Origin: an uncultured Candidatus Rokubacteria bacterium
Lineage (GTDB): Bacteria > Methylomirabilota > Methylomirabilia > Rokubacteriales > CSP1-6
Reading direction: 5' to 3'
Assembly: GCA_963762145.1 (NCBI GenBank)
Contig: CAVXJS010000007.1
Coordinates: 64,001 to 128,000 of the forward strand
Length of the DNA: 64,000 nucleotides
A model generated the notes under the pieces. It was not told the origin of the DNA and did no database searches. It worked only from the letters and a program-made list of their open reading frames with translations. The translations under genes and the position numbers were made by a program. Positions 20,267 to 29,086 of the stretch are shown here, in pieces. Every line of letters starts with the position of its first letter. Positions within the stretch are counted from its first letter, which is position 1.

Positions 20267-20641
20267 GTGTCCGAGCCGCGCATTCTGGTGGTCGAGGATG
20301 AGACGAACGTCCGGGAGCTGGAGGCGGAGATCCTGCGCGAGGAGTGGGAGCACGTGGACACTGCGGTGGACGGCACGGACGCGCTGCGGCTCCTGGCCGA
20401 GAACGTCTACTCCGCGATCGTGAGCGATCTCGCGATGCCGAAGATGGACGGGCGCGGGCTCTTCCACGAGGTGGAGCGCCGTTACCCCGCCTCGCAGAGA
20501 CGGCTCGTGTTCGTCACCGGCTACGCGGAGGCCGAGGAGTACGACGAGTTCCTCCGCCAGAGCGGCGTGCCGGTGCTCGCCAAGCCCTTCACCATCGCCG
20601 ATCTGGTCGGCGCGGTGCAGCGGGCGTTCTCGCCGGCCTGA
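20267..20641 (+). CDS. Single-domain response regulator
   Basis: AGGAGG RBS, GTG start, ILVVEDE, SDLAMPKMDG, FVTG, KPF. Confidence 0.9.
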   Translation: MSEPRILVVEDETNVRELEAEILREEWEHVDTAVDGTDALRLLAENVYSAIVSDLAMPKMDGRGLFHEVERRYPASQRRLVFVTGYAEAEEYDEFLRQSGVPVLAKPFTIADLVGAVQRAFSPA

Positions 20642-20654
20642 ACGGACGAGCCCG

Positions 20655-21323
20655 GTGCCCGACGTCGAGCCGTCCCCGCAGCGCTATCGCGAGCTCGTGG
20701 AGCAGAGCGGCGGCCTGATCTGCATCCACGATCTGGCCGGCGTCCTGCTCTCGGTGAATCGCGCGGCGGCCGAGCGCCTCGGCTACACCCCGCGCGAGCT
20801 GATCGGGCGCAGCCTGGGCGACCTGCTCGCCCCGGCCGTCCAGCACCTCTTCCCCGAGTACCTCTCCCGCATCCGGCGCGCCACCACCGACGAGGGGCTC
20901 ATGCTCGTGGTGACGCGCGGCGGGGACGAGCGGATCTGGACGTACAGCAACGTGCGCAGCCGGGAGCCCGGCGGGCCGGAATACGTGCTCGGCCACGCCC
21001 ACGACATCACCGACATCAAGCGGTCCGACGCGCGGGCCGGCCAGGCGGAGGCCCTGCGCTCCGTCGGCCAGCTCGCGCTCGCGACCGCCCACGAGATCAA
21101 CAACCCGCTCACCGTCATCATGGCGAGCCTGCAGCTCATGATGGCGCGGGGGCAGGTGCCGGGCCCGGCGACCGCGTACGTCCAGCGCGCGATCAAGTCG
21201 GCCGAGCAGATCCGCGACACCGTCCGGAACATGTCCCGCATCACCCGGCTCGAGCTGTCCCGCCAGTCCCCCCAGCTTCCCCCCGTCCTCGACCTCTCCA
21301 AGTCCAGCGCCCCGCGGGACTGA
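20655..21323 (+). CDS. PAS + HisKA protein lacking a HATPase domain
   Basis: PAS (VNRAAAERLGY...HDITD), H-box AHEINNPL, ends about 70 aa later. Confidence 0.82.
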   Translation: MPDVEPSPQRYRELVEQSGGLICIHDLAGVLLSVNRAAAERLGYTPRELIGRSLGDLLAPAVQHLFPEYLSRIRRATTDEGLMLVVTRGGDERIWTYSNVRSREPGGPEYVLGHAHDITDIKRSDARAGQAEALRSVGQLALATAHEINNPLTVIMASLQLMMARGQVPGPATAYVQRAIKSAEQIRDTVRNMSRITRLELSRQSPQLPPVLDLSKSSAPRD

Positions 21324-21418
21324 CCGCCGCCCGCGGGGCTTGCCGTCGCACCCCCTCCCGGGCTAAGGTTTGCCCGCGAGCAAACGGCATCGGTCCCCCC
21401 AACCGAGGAGTGTCCGAC

Positions 21419-23005
21419 ATGAAGCGTGCGACGGCGATGGCGCGAGTTCTCCTGCTGGTCCTGGCCCTCCTGGGCATGACGCTGGTCGGAACGGGCTGGG
21501 CCCAGCCCAAGACCGAGCTCACGATCGCCCTCTCGAGCTTCGCCACCGAGGTCCTCGATCCTCCGCTCGGCGGCCACCTCGTGAAGTACTACCTCTCGAT
21601 GATGTTCGACTACCTCGTGGGCACGACACCGGACGGCCAGCCGTCCCGGGACGGCGGCATCGCCACCCGCTGGGAGAACTCTCCGGACTTCAAGCGCTGG
21701 ACCTTCCACCTGCGGAAGGGCGTCAAGTTCCACAACGGCGACGAGCTCACGTCCGAGGACGTGAAGTTCAGCATCATGCGCGCCATCGGCAAGCGCTCCA
21801 CCACCGGGTACGCGGGGCCCCTGCGGACCCTGATCCAGGACATCGAGACGCCGGCGCCCGACCGGGTGGTCATCGTGACCAAGGAGCCCACCCTGATCAT
21901 CCCGCTCTACCTGTCCCGGTCGCTCTCCACCGAGGGCATGATCCTGCCGAAGAAGTACATCGAGTCGGTGGGCGACGACGTCTTCGCGCGCAAGCCGATC
22001 GGCAGCGGGCCCTACAAGTTCGGGGAGCAGGTGACCGGCTCGCACATCACCCTGACCGCGGGGGACAACCACTGGCGCATCGGCACGCCGAAGTACAAGA
22101 CCATGACCTTCCGGCTCGTGCCGGAGGAGACCACCCGCATCGCCCTGCTGCGCCGGGGCGAGGTGGACGTGGCCGAGTTGAGCCGCGAGCGGGTGAAGGA
22201 CGTGGAGAAGGACGGCTTCCCGATCCACTACCGGCGGGAAGAGGCCGTCCTCACCATGTGGTGGGTTCTGGGGCCGGACGGGCGGGTGGGGCCGTCCAAG
22301 GACAAGCGGGTCCGGGAAGCGCTCAACCTGGCTCTCGACCGCGCCGAGATCGCCCAGTCCATCTTCGGGGGCAAGGCCGAACCGGCCTCCGTCCCGCTCG
22401 GGCTCTCGTGGTCCTTCAAGGACGTGGGCTTCAAGCCGACGCAGGACATGATGTACCCCTACGATCCGGCGCGGGCCAAGAAGCTGCTGGCCGACGCGGG
22501 CGTGGCCTCCGGTCTCAGCCTGGACATCTACGCCTACCAGCTTCCCGGGCTCCCCGAGGGCAAGACCATGGCCGAGGCGGTGGCCGGCTACTGGGAGAAG
22601 CTCGGAATCAAGACCCGGCTGATCCCGGTGGACTATCCGGCTTTCCGGAAGGCGTGGTTCGATCGCACCGCCCCCGGCGCGGTCGGCTACTTCAACATCG
22701 CCAACCGGGACTGGATCGGCGCCTACGCCCTGCTCGAGAAGCAGGCCTACTCGGGGTCCAAGCCCTCCGACACCGTCAACGACGCCGAGATCGACGGGAT
22801 GCTCTCGCAGGTGATGCGCCAGACGGACCGGGAGAAGATCAACACGCTGATGCGCAACGTCTACACGCGGCTGCGCAGCGAGCACTATGGCGTCCCGGTG
22901 GTCTATCTGCACTCGCCCTACGCGACGTCCAAGAGCCTCGCCAAGTGGAACGTGGGCAGCGTCATGTACGACCTGTTCTTCGACCAGCTCGCGTCCGGCA
23001 AATAA
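21419..23005 (+). CDS. ABC transporter substrate-binding protein, family 5 (Dpp/Opp-like)
   Basis: WTFHLRKGVKFHNGDELTSEDVKFS, PIGSGPYKF, VREALNLALDR. Confidence 0.93.
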   Translation: MKRATAMARVLLLVLALLGMTLVGTGWAQPKTELTIALSSFATEVLDPPLGGHLVKYYLSMMFDYLVGTTPDGQPSRDGGIATRWENSPDFKRWTFHLRKGVKFHNGDELTSEDVKFSIMRAIGKRSTTGYAGPLRTLIQDIETPAPDRVVIVTKEPTLIIPLYLSRSLSTEGMILPKKYIESVGDDVFARKPIGSGPYKFGEQVTGSHITLTAGDNHWRIGTPKYKTMTFRLVPEETTRIALLRRGEVDVAELSRERVKDVEKDGFPIHYRREEAVLTMWWVLGPDGRVGPSKDKRVREALNLALDRAEIAQSIFGGKAEPASVPLGLSWSFKDVGFKPTQDMMYPYDPARAKKLLADAGVASGLSLDIYAYQLPGLPEGKTMAEAVAGYWEKLGIKTRLIPVDYPAFRKAWFDRTAPGAVGYFNIANRDWIGAYALLEKQAYSGSKPSDTVNDAEIDGMLSQVMRQTDREKINTLMRNVYTRLRSEHYGVPVVYLHSPYATSKSLAKWNVGSVMYDLFFDQLASGK

Positions 23006-23056
23006 CCGAACGGCCTAGGAGTGCCCTCGCGCGGATGATCAAAGCGGTGGGGGGGC

Positions 23057-23087
23057 ATGGGGGAGGAGCGCCGCCGCTCCCCCCCAT
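23057..23087. repeat. REP-like hairpin (GGAGCG-CCGC-CGCTCC core)
   Basis: ATGGGGGAGGAGCG-CCGC-CGCTCCCCCCCAT; the core is shared with the 43893 hairpin. Confidence 0.6.
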
Positions 23088-23133
23088 TCAGAACAAGCTT
23101 CTAAGGCTGTAAACGGTAACGCGGACCCCGCCC

Positions 23134-24054
23134 ATGCTTCGCTTCATCGCCGCCCGCCTGCTGCAGTCGCTGATCGCGCTCGCCATCGTCTCGGTGGTGG
23201 TGTTCGTGCTGGCGCGGGCCACCGGGGATCCGCTGTACCTGATCCTCCCGATGTCGGCGTCCCAGGAGGACTTCGACAACGCCCGCCGCTACCTGGGGCT
23301 CGATCGCCCGTACGTCGAGCAGTACCTGTCCTTCGTGGGGCGCGCGGTCACCGGCGACTTCGGGACGTCGCTGCGCGCGCGGCGCCCGGTGAGCGAGCTG
23401 ATTCGCGAGCGCCTGCCCAACTCGCTCAAGCTCGCCGTCTTCGCGATGGGGGTGTCCCTCGCGATGGCGTTCCCCCTCGGCATCATGGCCGCGGTGAAGA
23501 AGGGCACCGGCCTCGACCGCACCGCCCAGATCATCTCGGTGCTCGGGCAGTCCCTGCCCACCTTCTGGGTGGCGATTCTCCTGGTGGAGTTCGTGGCCGG
23601 GCGCCTGCAGTGGCTGCCCGCGGGCGGCATCAGCGGGTTCTCCAGCTACGTGCTGCCCGGCTTCACCCTCGGGTGGTTCGTGGTGGCCGGGCTGATGCGG
23701 CTGCTGCGCTCCGGCATGCTGGAGGTCCTCGACTCGGAGTACGTGAAGCTGGCCCGGATGAAAGGCGTCGCCGAGCGCCGGGTCATCTGGCTGCACGCGC
23801 TCCGCAACGCGCTGATCCCGGTGGTCACCTTCGCGGGGATCTACTTCGCGATCCTGGTCACCACCGCCATCGTGGTCGAGACGGTGTTCGCGTGGCCCGG
23901 CATCGGGCGGCTGGCCTACGAGGGCATCAGCTCGCGCGACTTTCCCGTGATCCAGGCGGTGGTGCTGACCACGGCCGCGATCGTGGCGGTGGTCAACCTG
24001 GGCGTGGACTGCCTCTACGCGTGGATCGACCCGCGCATCCGCTATGCCCGCTGA
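23134..24054 (+). CDS. ABC transporter permease (DppB-like)
   Basis: GLDRP..EQY, GDFGTS, EYVKLARMKG, HALRNAL, DPRIR. Confidence 0.93.
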   Translation: MLRFIAARLLQSLIALAIVSVVVFVLARATGDPLYLILPMSASQEDFDNARRYLGLDRPYVEQYLSFVGRAVTGDFGTSLRARRPVSELIRERLPNSLKLAVFAMGVSLAMAFPLGIMAAVKKGTGLDRTAQIISVLGQSLPTFWVAILLVEFVAGRLQWLPAGGISGFSSYVLPGFTLGWFVVAGLMRLLRSGMLEVLDSEYVKLARMKGVAERRVIWLHALRNALIPVVTFAGIYFAILVTTAIVVETVFAWPGIGRLAYEGISSRDFPVIQAVVLTTAAIVAVVNLGVDCLYAWIDPRIRYAR

Positions 24055-24928
24055 GCCGGCCGCCCTCGTCCTGCCGGAGGCCGTGGCCCCGCCCGCCTCG
24101 CGGGGCTGGCGGCTGCCCGTGTTCCCGCTCGCGGTCATCGGCCTCTTCCTGCTGATCGCCCTGGTGGCCCCGCTGCTCGGCCTGCCCGACCCGCACGCGC
24201 AATCACTCCGGAATCGCTTCAAGCCACCGGTGTGGGAGGAAGCCGGCAGCTGGGCTCATCCGCTGGGCACCGACCGGCTGGGTCGCGACATGCTCTCGCG
24301 CATCGTGTGGGGCTCGCGAATCTCGCTCTCGGCCGGCGTGGTCACCGTGCTGCTCGCCAGCGCGTTCGGGGCCGCGATCGGGCTCACCGCGGGCTACTAC
24401 GGCGGCCGCGTCGACGCGGTGCTGATGCGCGTGACCGACGCCACGATGTCCTTTCCGGTCATCCTCCTCGCCCTGATCCTGGCCGTGACGGTCGGCCCGA
24501 GCTTCACCAACGTGGTGGTGGCCATCGCGGTGATCCTCTGGGCGCGCTACGCCCGCGTCATCCGGGGCCAGGTGCTGACCCTGATGCAGCTCGACTTCAT
24601 CGCGCAGGCCCGCATCGCGGGGGCGGGGGGCTGGCGCATCATCACCCGGCACCTCCTGCCCAACACGCTCGGGACCCTGCTGGTCCTGGTGACGCTCCAG
24701 ATCGGCTACGTGATCATCGTGGAGGCCTCGCTCTCCTTCCTGGGCGCGGGGATCCCACCGCCCACGCCGGCCTGGGGCTCCATGATCGCGGAGGGCCGCG
24801 ACGTCGTGACGAGCGCCTGGTGGGTCTCGCTATTCCCCGGTCTCGCGATCCTGCTCGTGGTCCTCGCCTTCAACCTGCTCGGGGACTGGCTGCGCGACAC
24901 CTTCGACCCGAAGCTCCGCCAGCTCTGA
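24044..24928 (+). CDS. ABC transporter permease (DppC-like)
   Basis: HPLGTDRLGRD, HLLPN, EASLSFLG, GDWLRD. Confidence 0.93.
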   Translation: MPAEPAALVLPEAVAPPASRGWRLPVFPLAVIGLFLLIALVAPLLGLPDPHAQSLRNRFKPPVWEEAGSWAHPLGTDRLGRDMLSRIVWGSRISLSAGVVTVLLASAFGAAIGLTAGYYGGRVDAVLMRVTDATMSFPVILLALILAVTVGPSFTNVVVAIAVILWARYARVIRGQVLTLMQLDFIAQARIAGAGGWRIITRHLLPNTLGTLLVLVTLQIGYVIIVEASLSFLGAGIPPPTPAWGSMIAEGRDVVTSAWWVSLFPGLAILLVVLAFNLLGDWLRDTFDPKLRQL

Positions 24929-24964
24929 GCGCCCGGCGGTGAGGCCCCCCGTGGCACCATCCCC

Positions 24965-25954
24965 GTGACATCATCCCCCGTAACACCATCCGTCATCGAC
25001 GTCCGCGACCTTCGCACCCACATCGTCACCCGCTGGGGCACCGTGCGAGCGGTGGACGGGGTCTCGTTCGCCATCGGGGAAGGGGAGACGCTCGGGCTCG
25101 TGGGCGAATCCGGCTCGGGCAAGAGCATGACGTGCCTGAGCCTGGTGCGGCTGGTGCCGCGCCCCGCCGCGCGCATCCTGGGCGGGCAGGTGCTGCTCGA
25201 CGGGGAAGATCTCCTGACCAGGAGCGAGGACGAGATGCGCCGGATCCGCGGCCGGCGGATCGGCATGATCCTGCAGGATCCGATGAGCTCGCTCAATCCG
25301 GTGTTCTCGATCGGCATGCAGATGCGGGAGCCGGTCGCGCTCTATCACGGGCTCCGCGGCCGAGCGCTCACGGAGCGCGCCGCCGCGCTGCTGGCCGCGG
25401 TGCGCATCCCATCGCCCGCCCAGCGGCTGCGCGCGTTCCCGCACCAGCTCTCGGGGGGCATGCGCCAGCGGGTGGTGGGGGCCATGGCCATCGCGGCCCC
25501 GCCGCGCCTGCTCATCGCGGACGAGCCGACCACGAGCCTCGACCTCACGATCCAGGCGCAGTACCTGGGCCTGCTCAAGGAGCTCCAGCAGCGGCACCGG
25601 TTCGCCCTCGTCTTCGTCACCCACAACCTCGGGATCGTGGCGAAGATCTGCGACCGGGTGGCGGTGATGTACGCCGGGCGCATCGTCGAGATGGGCCCGG
25701 TGCGGCGCATCTTCACGCGGCCCGCGCATCCGTACAGCCGCGCGCTGCTCGAGTCGATCCCGCGCCTCGGCGCGCGCGCGGCGCGCCTCACCGCGATCGA
25801 GGGCCAGCCGCCGGACCTGGCGCGGCTGGCCGGCGGCTGCGCCTTCGCCCCGCGCTGTCCGCACGTCATGGACCGGTGCCGGGCGGAGGCGCCGCCCGAG
25901 CGCCCCGTCGGCGACGGGCACGTGGCGCGCTGCTGGCTCGAGGCGCCGCCATGA
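24965..25954 (+). CDS. ABC transporter ATP-binding protein (DppD-like)
   Basis: GESGSGKS, LSGGMRQR, DEPTT, C-terminal GCAFAPRC. Confidence 0.93.
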   Translation: MTSSPVTPSVIDVRDLRTHIVTRWGTVRAVDGVSFAIGEGETLGLVGESGSGKSMTCLSLVRLVPRPAARILGGQVLLDGEDLLTRSEDEMRRIRGRRIGMILQDPMSSLNPVFSIGMQMREPVALYHGLRGRALTERAAALLAAVRIPSPAQRLRAFPHQLSGGMRQRVVGAMAIAAPPRLLIADEPTTSLDLTIQAQYLGLLKELQQRHRFALVFVTHNLGIVAKICDRVAVMYAGRIVEMGPVRRIFTRPAHPYSRALLESIPRLGARAARLTAIEGQPPDLARLAGGCAFAPRCPHVMDRCRAEAPPERPVGDGHVARCWLEAPP

Positions 25955-26913
25955 GCGCGCTGCTGGAGGTCGAGGGCCTGACCAAGCACTTCCCGGTCCG
26001 CCGCGGGCTGCTCGGGCGGTCCACCGGGCTGGTCCGCGCGGTGGATGCGATCTCGTTCACGATCGAGGCCGGGACCACGTTCGGCCTGGTCGGGGAGTCG
26101 GGCTGCGGGAAGACCACCACCTCCAAGCTGGTCCTGGGACTCGAGCGGCCGACCGCGGGGAGTATCCGATTCCAGGGAGAGGACGTCCTGGCGCTCGATC
26201 GCGCCCGGATGCGCCACTACCGTCGTGCCGTGCAGGCGGTGTTCCAGGATCCGTACGCGTCCCTCGATCCGCGCATGCGCGTGGGCGCCATCGTCGCGGA
26301 GCCGCTCGTGATCAACGATCCGATGGACCGGAGCGCGCGCCGGCGGCGGGTGCTCGAGCTGCTGGACCTGGTCGGCCTGCCCGCGCGCGCGGCCGAGCTC
26401 TTTCCGCACGAGTTCTCGGGCGGCCAGCGGCAGCGGGTGGCCATCGCGCGGGCGCTCGCCCTGTCGCCGCGCCTCGTGGTGCTGGACGAGCCGGTCTCCG
26501 CGCTCGACGTCTCCATCCGCGCGCAGATCCTCAACCTCCTGCGCGATCTGCAGGAGCGGCTCGGCGTGTCGTATCTCTTCATCGCCCACGATCTCGCCGC
26601 GGTCGCGCACATGAGCCACACCATCGCGGTGATGTACCTGGGCCAGATCGTGGAGTGGGGCGACGCGGCGGCGGTGGCCCTCGAGCCGCGCCATCCCTAC
26701 ACGCAGGCCCTCTTCGCGGCGGCGCTGCCGATCGATTTCGACACGCCCCACCAGGACATCGTGCTCTCGGGCGAGGTGCCGAGCCCGCTGGCGCCGCCCG
26801 CCGGCTGCCGCTTTCACACGCGCTGCCCGCAGGTGATGCCCCGCTGCGCCACCGAGGTCCCGGCCCTTCGCGCCACGACCGCCCACCTCACCGCCTGCCA
26901 CCTCTACGACTGA
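25951..26913 (+). CDS. ABC transporter ATP-binding protein (DppF-like)
   Basis: GESGCGKT, FSGGQRQR, DEPVSALD, GCRFHTRC. Confidence 0.93.
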   Translation: MSALLEVEGLTKHFPVRRGLLGRSTGLVRAVDAISFTIEAGTTFGLVGESGCGKTTTSKLVLGLERPTAGSIRFQGEDVLALDRARMRHYRRAVQAVFQDPYASLDPRMRVGAIVAEPLVINDPMDRSARRRRVLELLDLVGLPARAAELFPHEFSGGQRQRVAIARALALSPRLVVLDEPVSALDVSIRAQILNLLRDLQERLGVSYLFIAHDLAAVAHMSHTIAVMYLGQIVEWGDAAAVALEPRHPYTQALFAAALPIDFDTPHQDIVLSGEVPSPLAPPAGCRFHTRCPQVMPRCATEVPALRATTAHLTACHLYD

Positions 26914-26914
26914 T

Positions 26915-26991
26915 CGGGGTCAGGTCTTGAATTACGACATTTCGAGGAGGGCGTGGGCGCCTGAAATGTAGGAATTCAAGACCTGACCCCG
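26915..26991. repeat. Long inverted repeat (REP/REPIN-like) between convergent genes
   Basis: Perfect 19-bp arms CGGGGTCAGGTCTTGAATT / AATTCAAGACCTGACCCCG plus an inner ACATTTC/GAAATGT pair. Confidence 0.8.
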
Positions 26992-26992
26992 G

Positions 26993-27869
26993 CTATTCGG
27001 CGAGGAGGAGGCAGGCGGCGCCGAGGCAGGCGAGGAGGGCGGCGGTGAGGCGGCGGGCGAGGTCGGGCTCGCCGAAGAGCGTGCGGCCCAGGAGGACGGC
27101 GAGCACCGCCGACATCCGGCGGATCGCGTTCACGTAGGCGGCGGGCGCCATCGTGAGCGCGTGCGTCTGCATCCCGGTGCCGGTGACGCCGAGGAGCCCG
27201 TGGCTCGCGAGCGTGACCAGGTTGCGCGGCACGAAGCTGGCGGCCAGCCCGCGCGGATCGGTCAGCAGCAGGACCAGCGTCGTGACGACCGCGGTCGCGC
27301 CGTGCGAGGCCACCAGATAGCTCGGCGGCCCGATGGCCAGCGCGGCCCAGCGATCCACCGCGGCCAGGAATCCCAGGAAGAACGCGGCGCCGAGCGCGTC
27401 GAGGGCGTCGGGGCGGGCGAAGAGGACACGGACGCGTCCGAGCAGGCCCGTGGGCCCGGGTCCGCCCGAGAGGCTCACCGTGCCGGTGAGGGACAGCGCC
27501 AGCCCGATCCAGCCGAGGGCGCTGGGCCACCCGCCCGCGAGCGCCGCGTCGGGCAGGATCGTGAAGATCGGGCTCAGGGCCAGGATCGGCCCGACGATCG
27601 AGATGTCGCCCCGCGCGCTGGCCCGCGCGAGCAGGCCGCTCATCCCGATCACGAGCAGGGACGAGGCGGCGATCGCGGGCCAGGCGGCGCCCGGCGGCAC
27701 GAAGCGCGTGGCCCGAGACCACGAAGAAGATCACCCACGCCGCGCAGGCCACCGCCTGCGTCCACGCGACGATCACCAGCGGCGGGATCTCCCGCGCGCG
27801 TCCCTTGACGACCGCGAACTGCACGGCCTGGGTGAGCGCCGCGCCGAGCGACAGCGCGAACCAGGTCAG
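26993..27869 (-). CDS. EamA/DMT family transporter (frameshift near 27705; start uncertain)
   Basis: TWFALSLGAAL, GDISIVGPILALSPIF, YVNAIRR, FGEP. Confidence 0.8.
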
Positions 27870-28012
27870 GCGGGAACCACGGAGAAGGCCGGCTGAGCGC
27901 TCATCGATCCTGTGTCTCCGCCCGAGACCGTAGCCGAGGACTCGGCCACCGGTCAATCGGGTAGAAAATTCGCGGTCATCTCGCGGCCCGCGACACGGGC
28001 CCGGCGTCGCGC

Positions 28013-28041
28013 TTGACGTGCCGCATCGCGACCCCTAAATT
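28013..28041 (+). promoter_or_regulatory. Putative sigma-70 promoter
   Basis: TTGACG-N17-TAAATT before ATG 28060, which has a GGAGG RBS. Confidence 0.55.
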
Positions 28042-28059
28042 GGCGCCGGGGAGGACTTC

Positions 28060-29073
28060 ATGGCGCGAGCATCCTTCGGGCTGATCCTGGCGAATCGGGC
28101 GGTGGTGCTGGGCGCGATCCAGGCCCGCGATCTGATCGAGCTGTCGCAGCAGGCCGAGGTGTCCGGGGCTTTCGACACGCTCTGGGTCGGCGACAGCCTG
28201 CTGGCCAAGCCGCGCCTCGAGGCGGTGGCCCTGCTGGCCGGACTGGCCGGCGCCACGTCGCGCCTCAAGCTCGCCGTCGGCTGCCTCGCCACCTTCGTGC
28301 ATCGTCACCCGCTGCTGTTCGCGCAGCAGTGGGCGAGCCTCGACGTGCTCTCGGGCGGGCGCGCCTGGCTCGCGGTCTGCCTCGGCGGACCCGACGAGCA
28401 GAGCGCCGCGCAGGCGCTCGAGCACAAGGTCATGGGGGTGCGCTCCAGCGAGCGCGTCGGCCGCCTCGAAGAGGGCATCGCCATTCTTCGGAAAGTCTGG
28501 AGCGGCGAGAAGGTCTCGCACCAGGGCGAGTTCTACCAGTTCGAGGGCGTCAAGATCGAGCCCCGGCCGGCGCAGCAGCCGTGCCCGATCTGGATCGCGA
28601 GCAACCCGACCGGCCTCACGTGGAAGGGCGGGGCCAGCGCCTCCGAGGCGGCGGTGGAGCGCGGATTCCGCCGGGTGGCCCGCTACGCGGACGGCTGGAT
28701 GACCAACAAGGTGAGCCCGGCGCAGTTCCGCGAGCAGTGGGCGCGGATCGCGAAGATGGCGCAGGAGGAAGGCCGCAACCCCGACGCGCTCGGCAGCGCG
28801 CTCTACCACAACATCAACATCAACGAGGACCGCCAGCAGGCGCTCGAGGAGAGCAAGACGTTTCTCGACACCTACTACACGTCCAAGTTCTCGCCCGAGT
28901 TCGTGGAGGGCTGGACGGTGGCGGGCAACCCGGCCCAGTGCGTCGCCGAGCTGCGCGCCTACGCGGAGGCGGGCCTCGGTCACATCGCGCTCCGGCTCAC
29001 TTCGTGGGATCAGCGCGGTCAGCTCAAGCGGTTCCTGGCCGAGGTGGCGCCCTCCCTCGCGGGCGGCCGCTGA
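28060..29073 (+). CDS. LLM class flavin-dependent oxidoreductase
   Basis: WVGDSLLAKPR, ASLDVLSGGR, RVARYADGW. Confidence 0.9.
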   Translation: MARASFGLILANRAVVLGAIQARDLIELSQQAEVSGAFDTLWVGDSLLAKPRLEAVALLAGLAGATSRLKLAVGCLATFVHRHPLLFAQQWASLDVLSGGRAWLAVCLGGPDEQSAAQALEHKVMGVRSSERVGRLEEGIAILRKVWSGEKVSHQGEFYQFEGVKIEPRPAQQPCPIWIASNPTGLTWKGGASASEAAVERGFRRVARYADGWMTNKVSPAQFREQWARIAKMAQEEGRNPDALGSALYHNININEDRQQALEESKTFLDTYYTSKFSPEFVEGWTVAGNPAQCVAELRAYAEAGLGHIALRLTSWDQRGQLKRFLAEVAPSLAGGR

Positions 29074-29086
29074 CGCCGAAGGCGGG

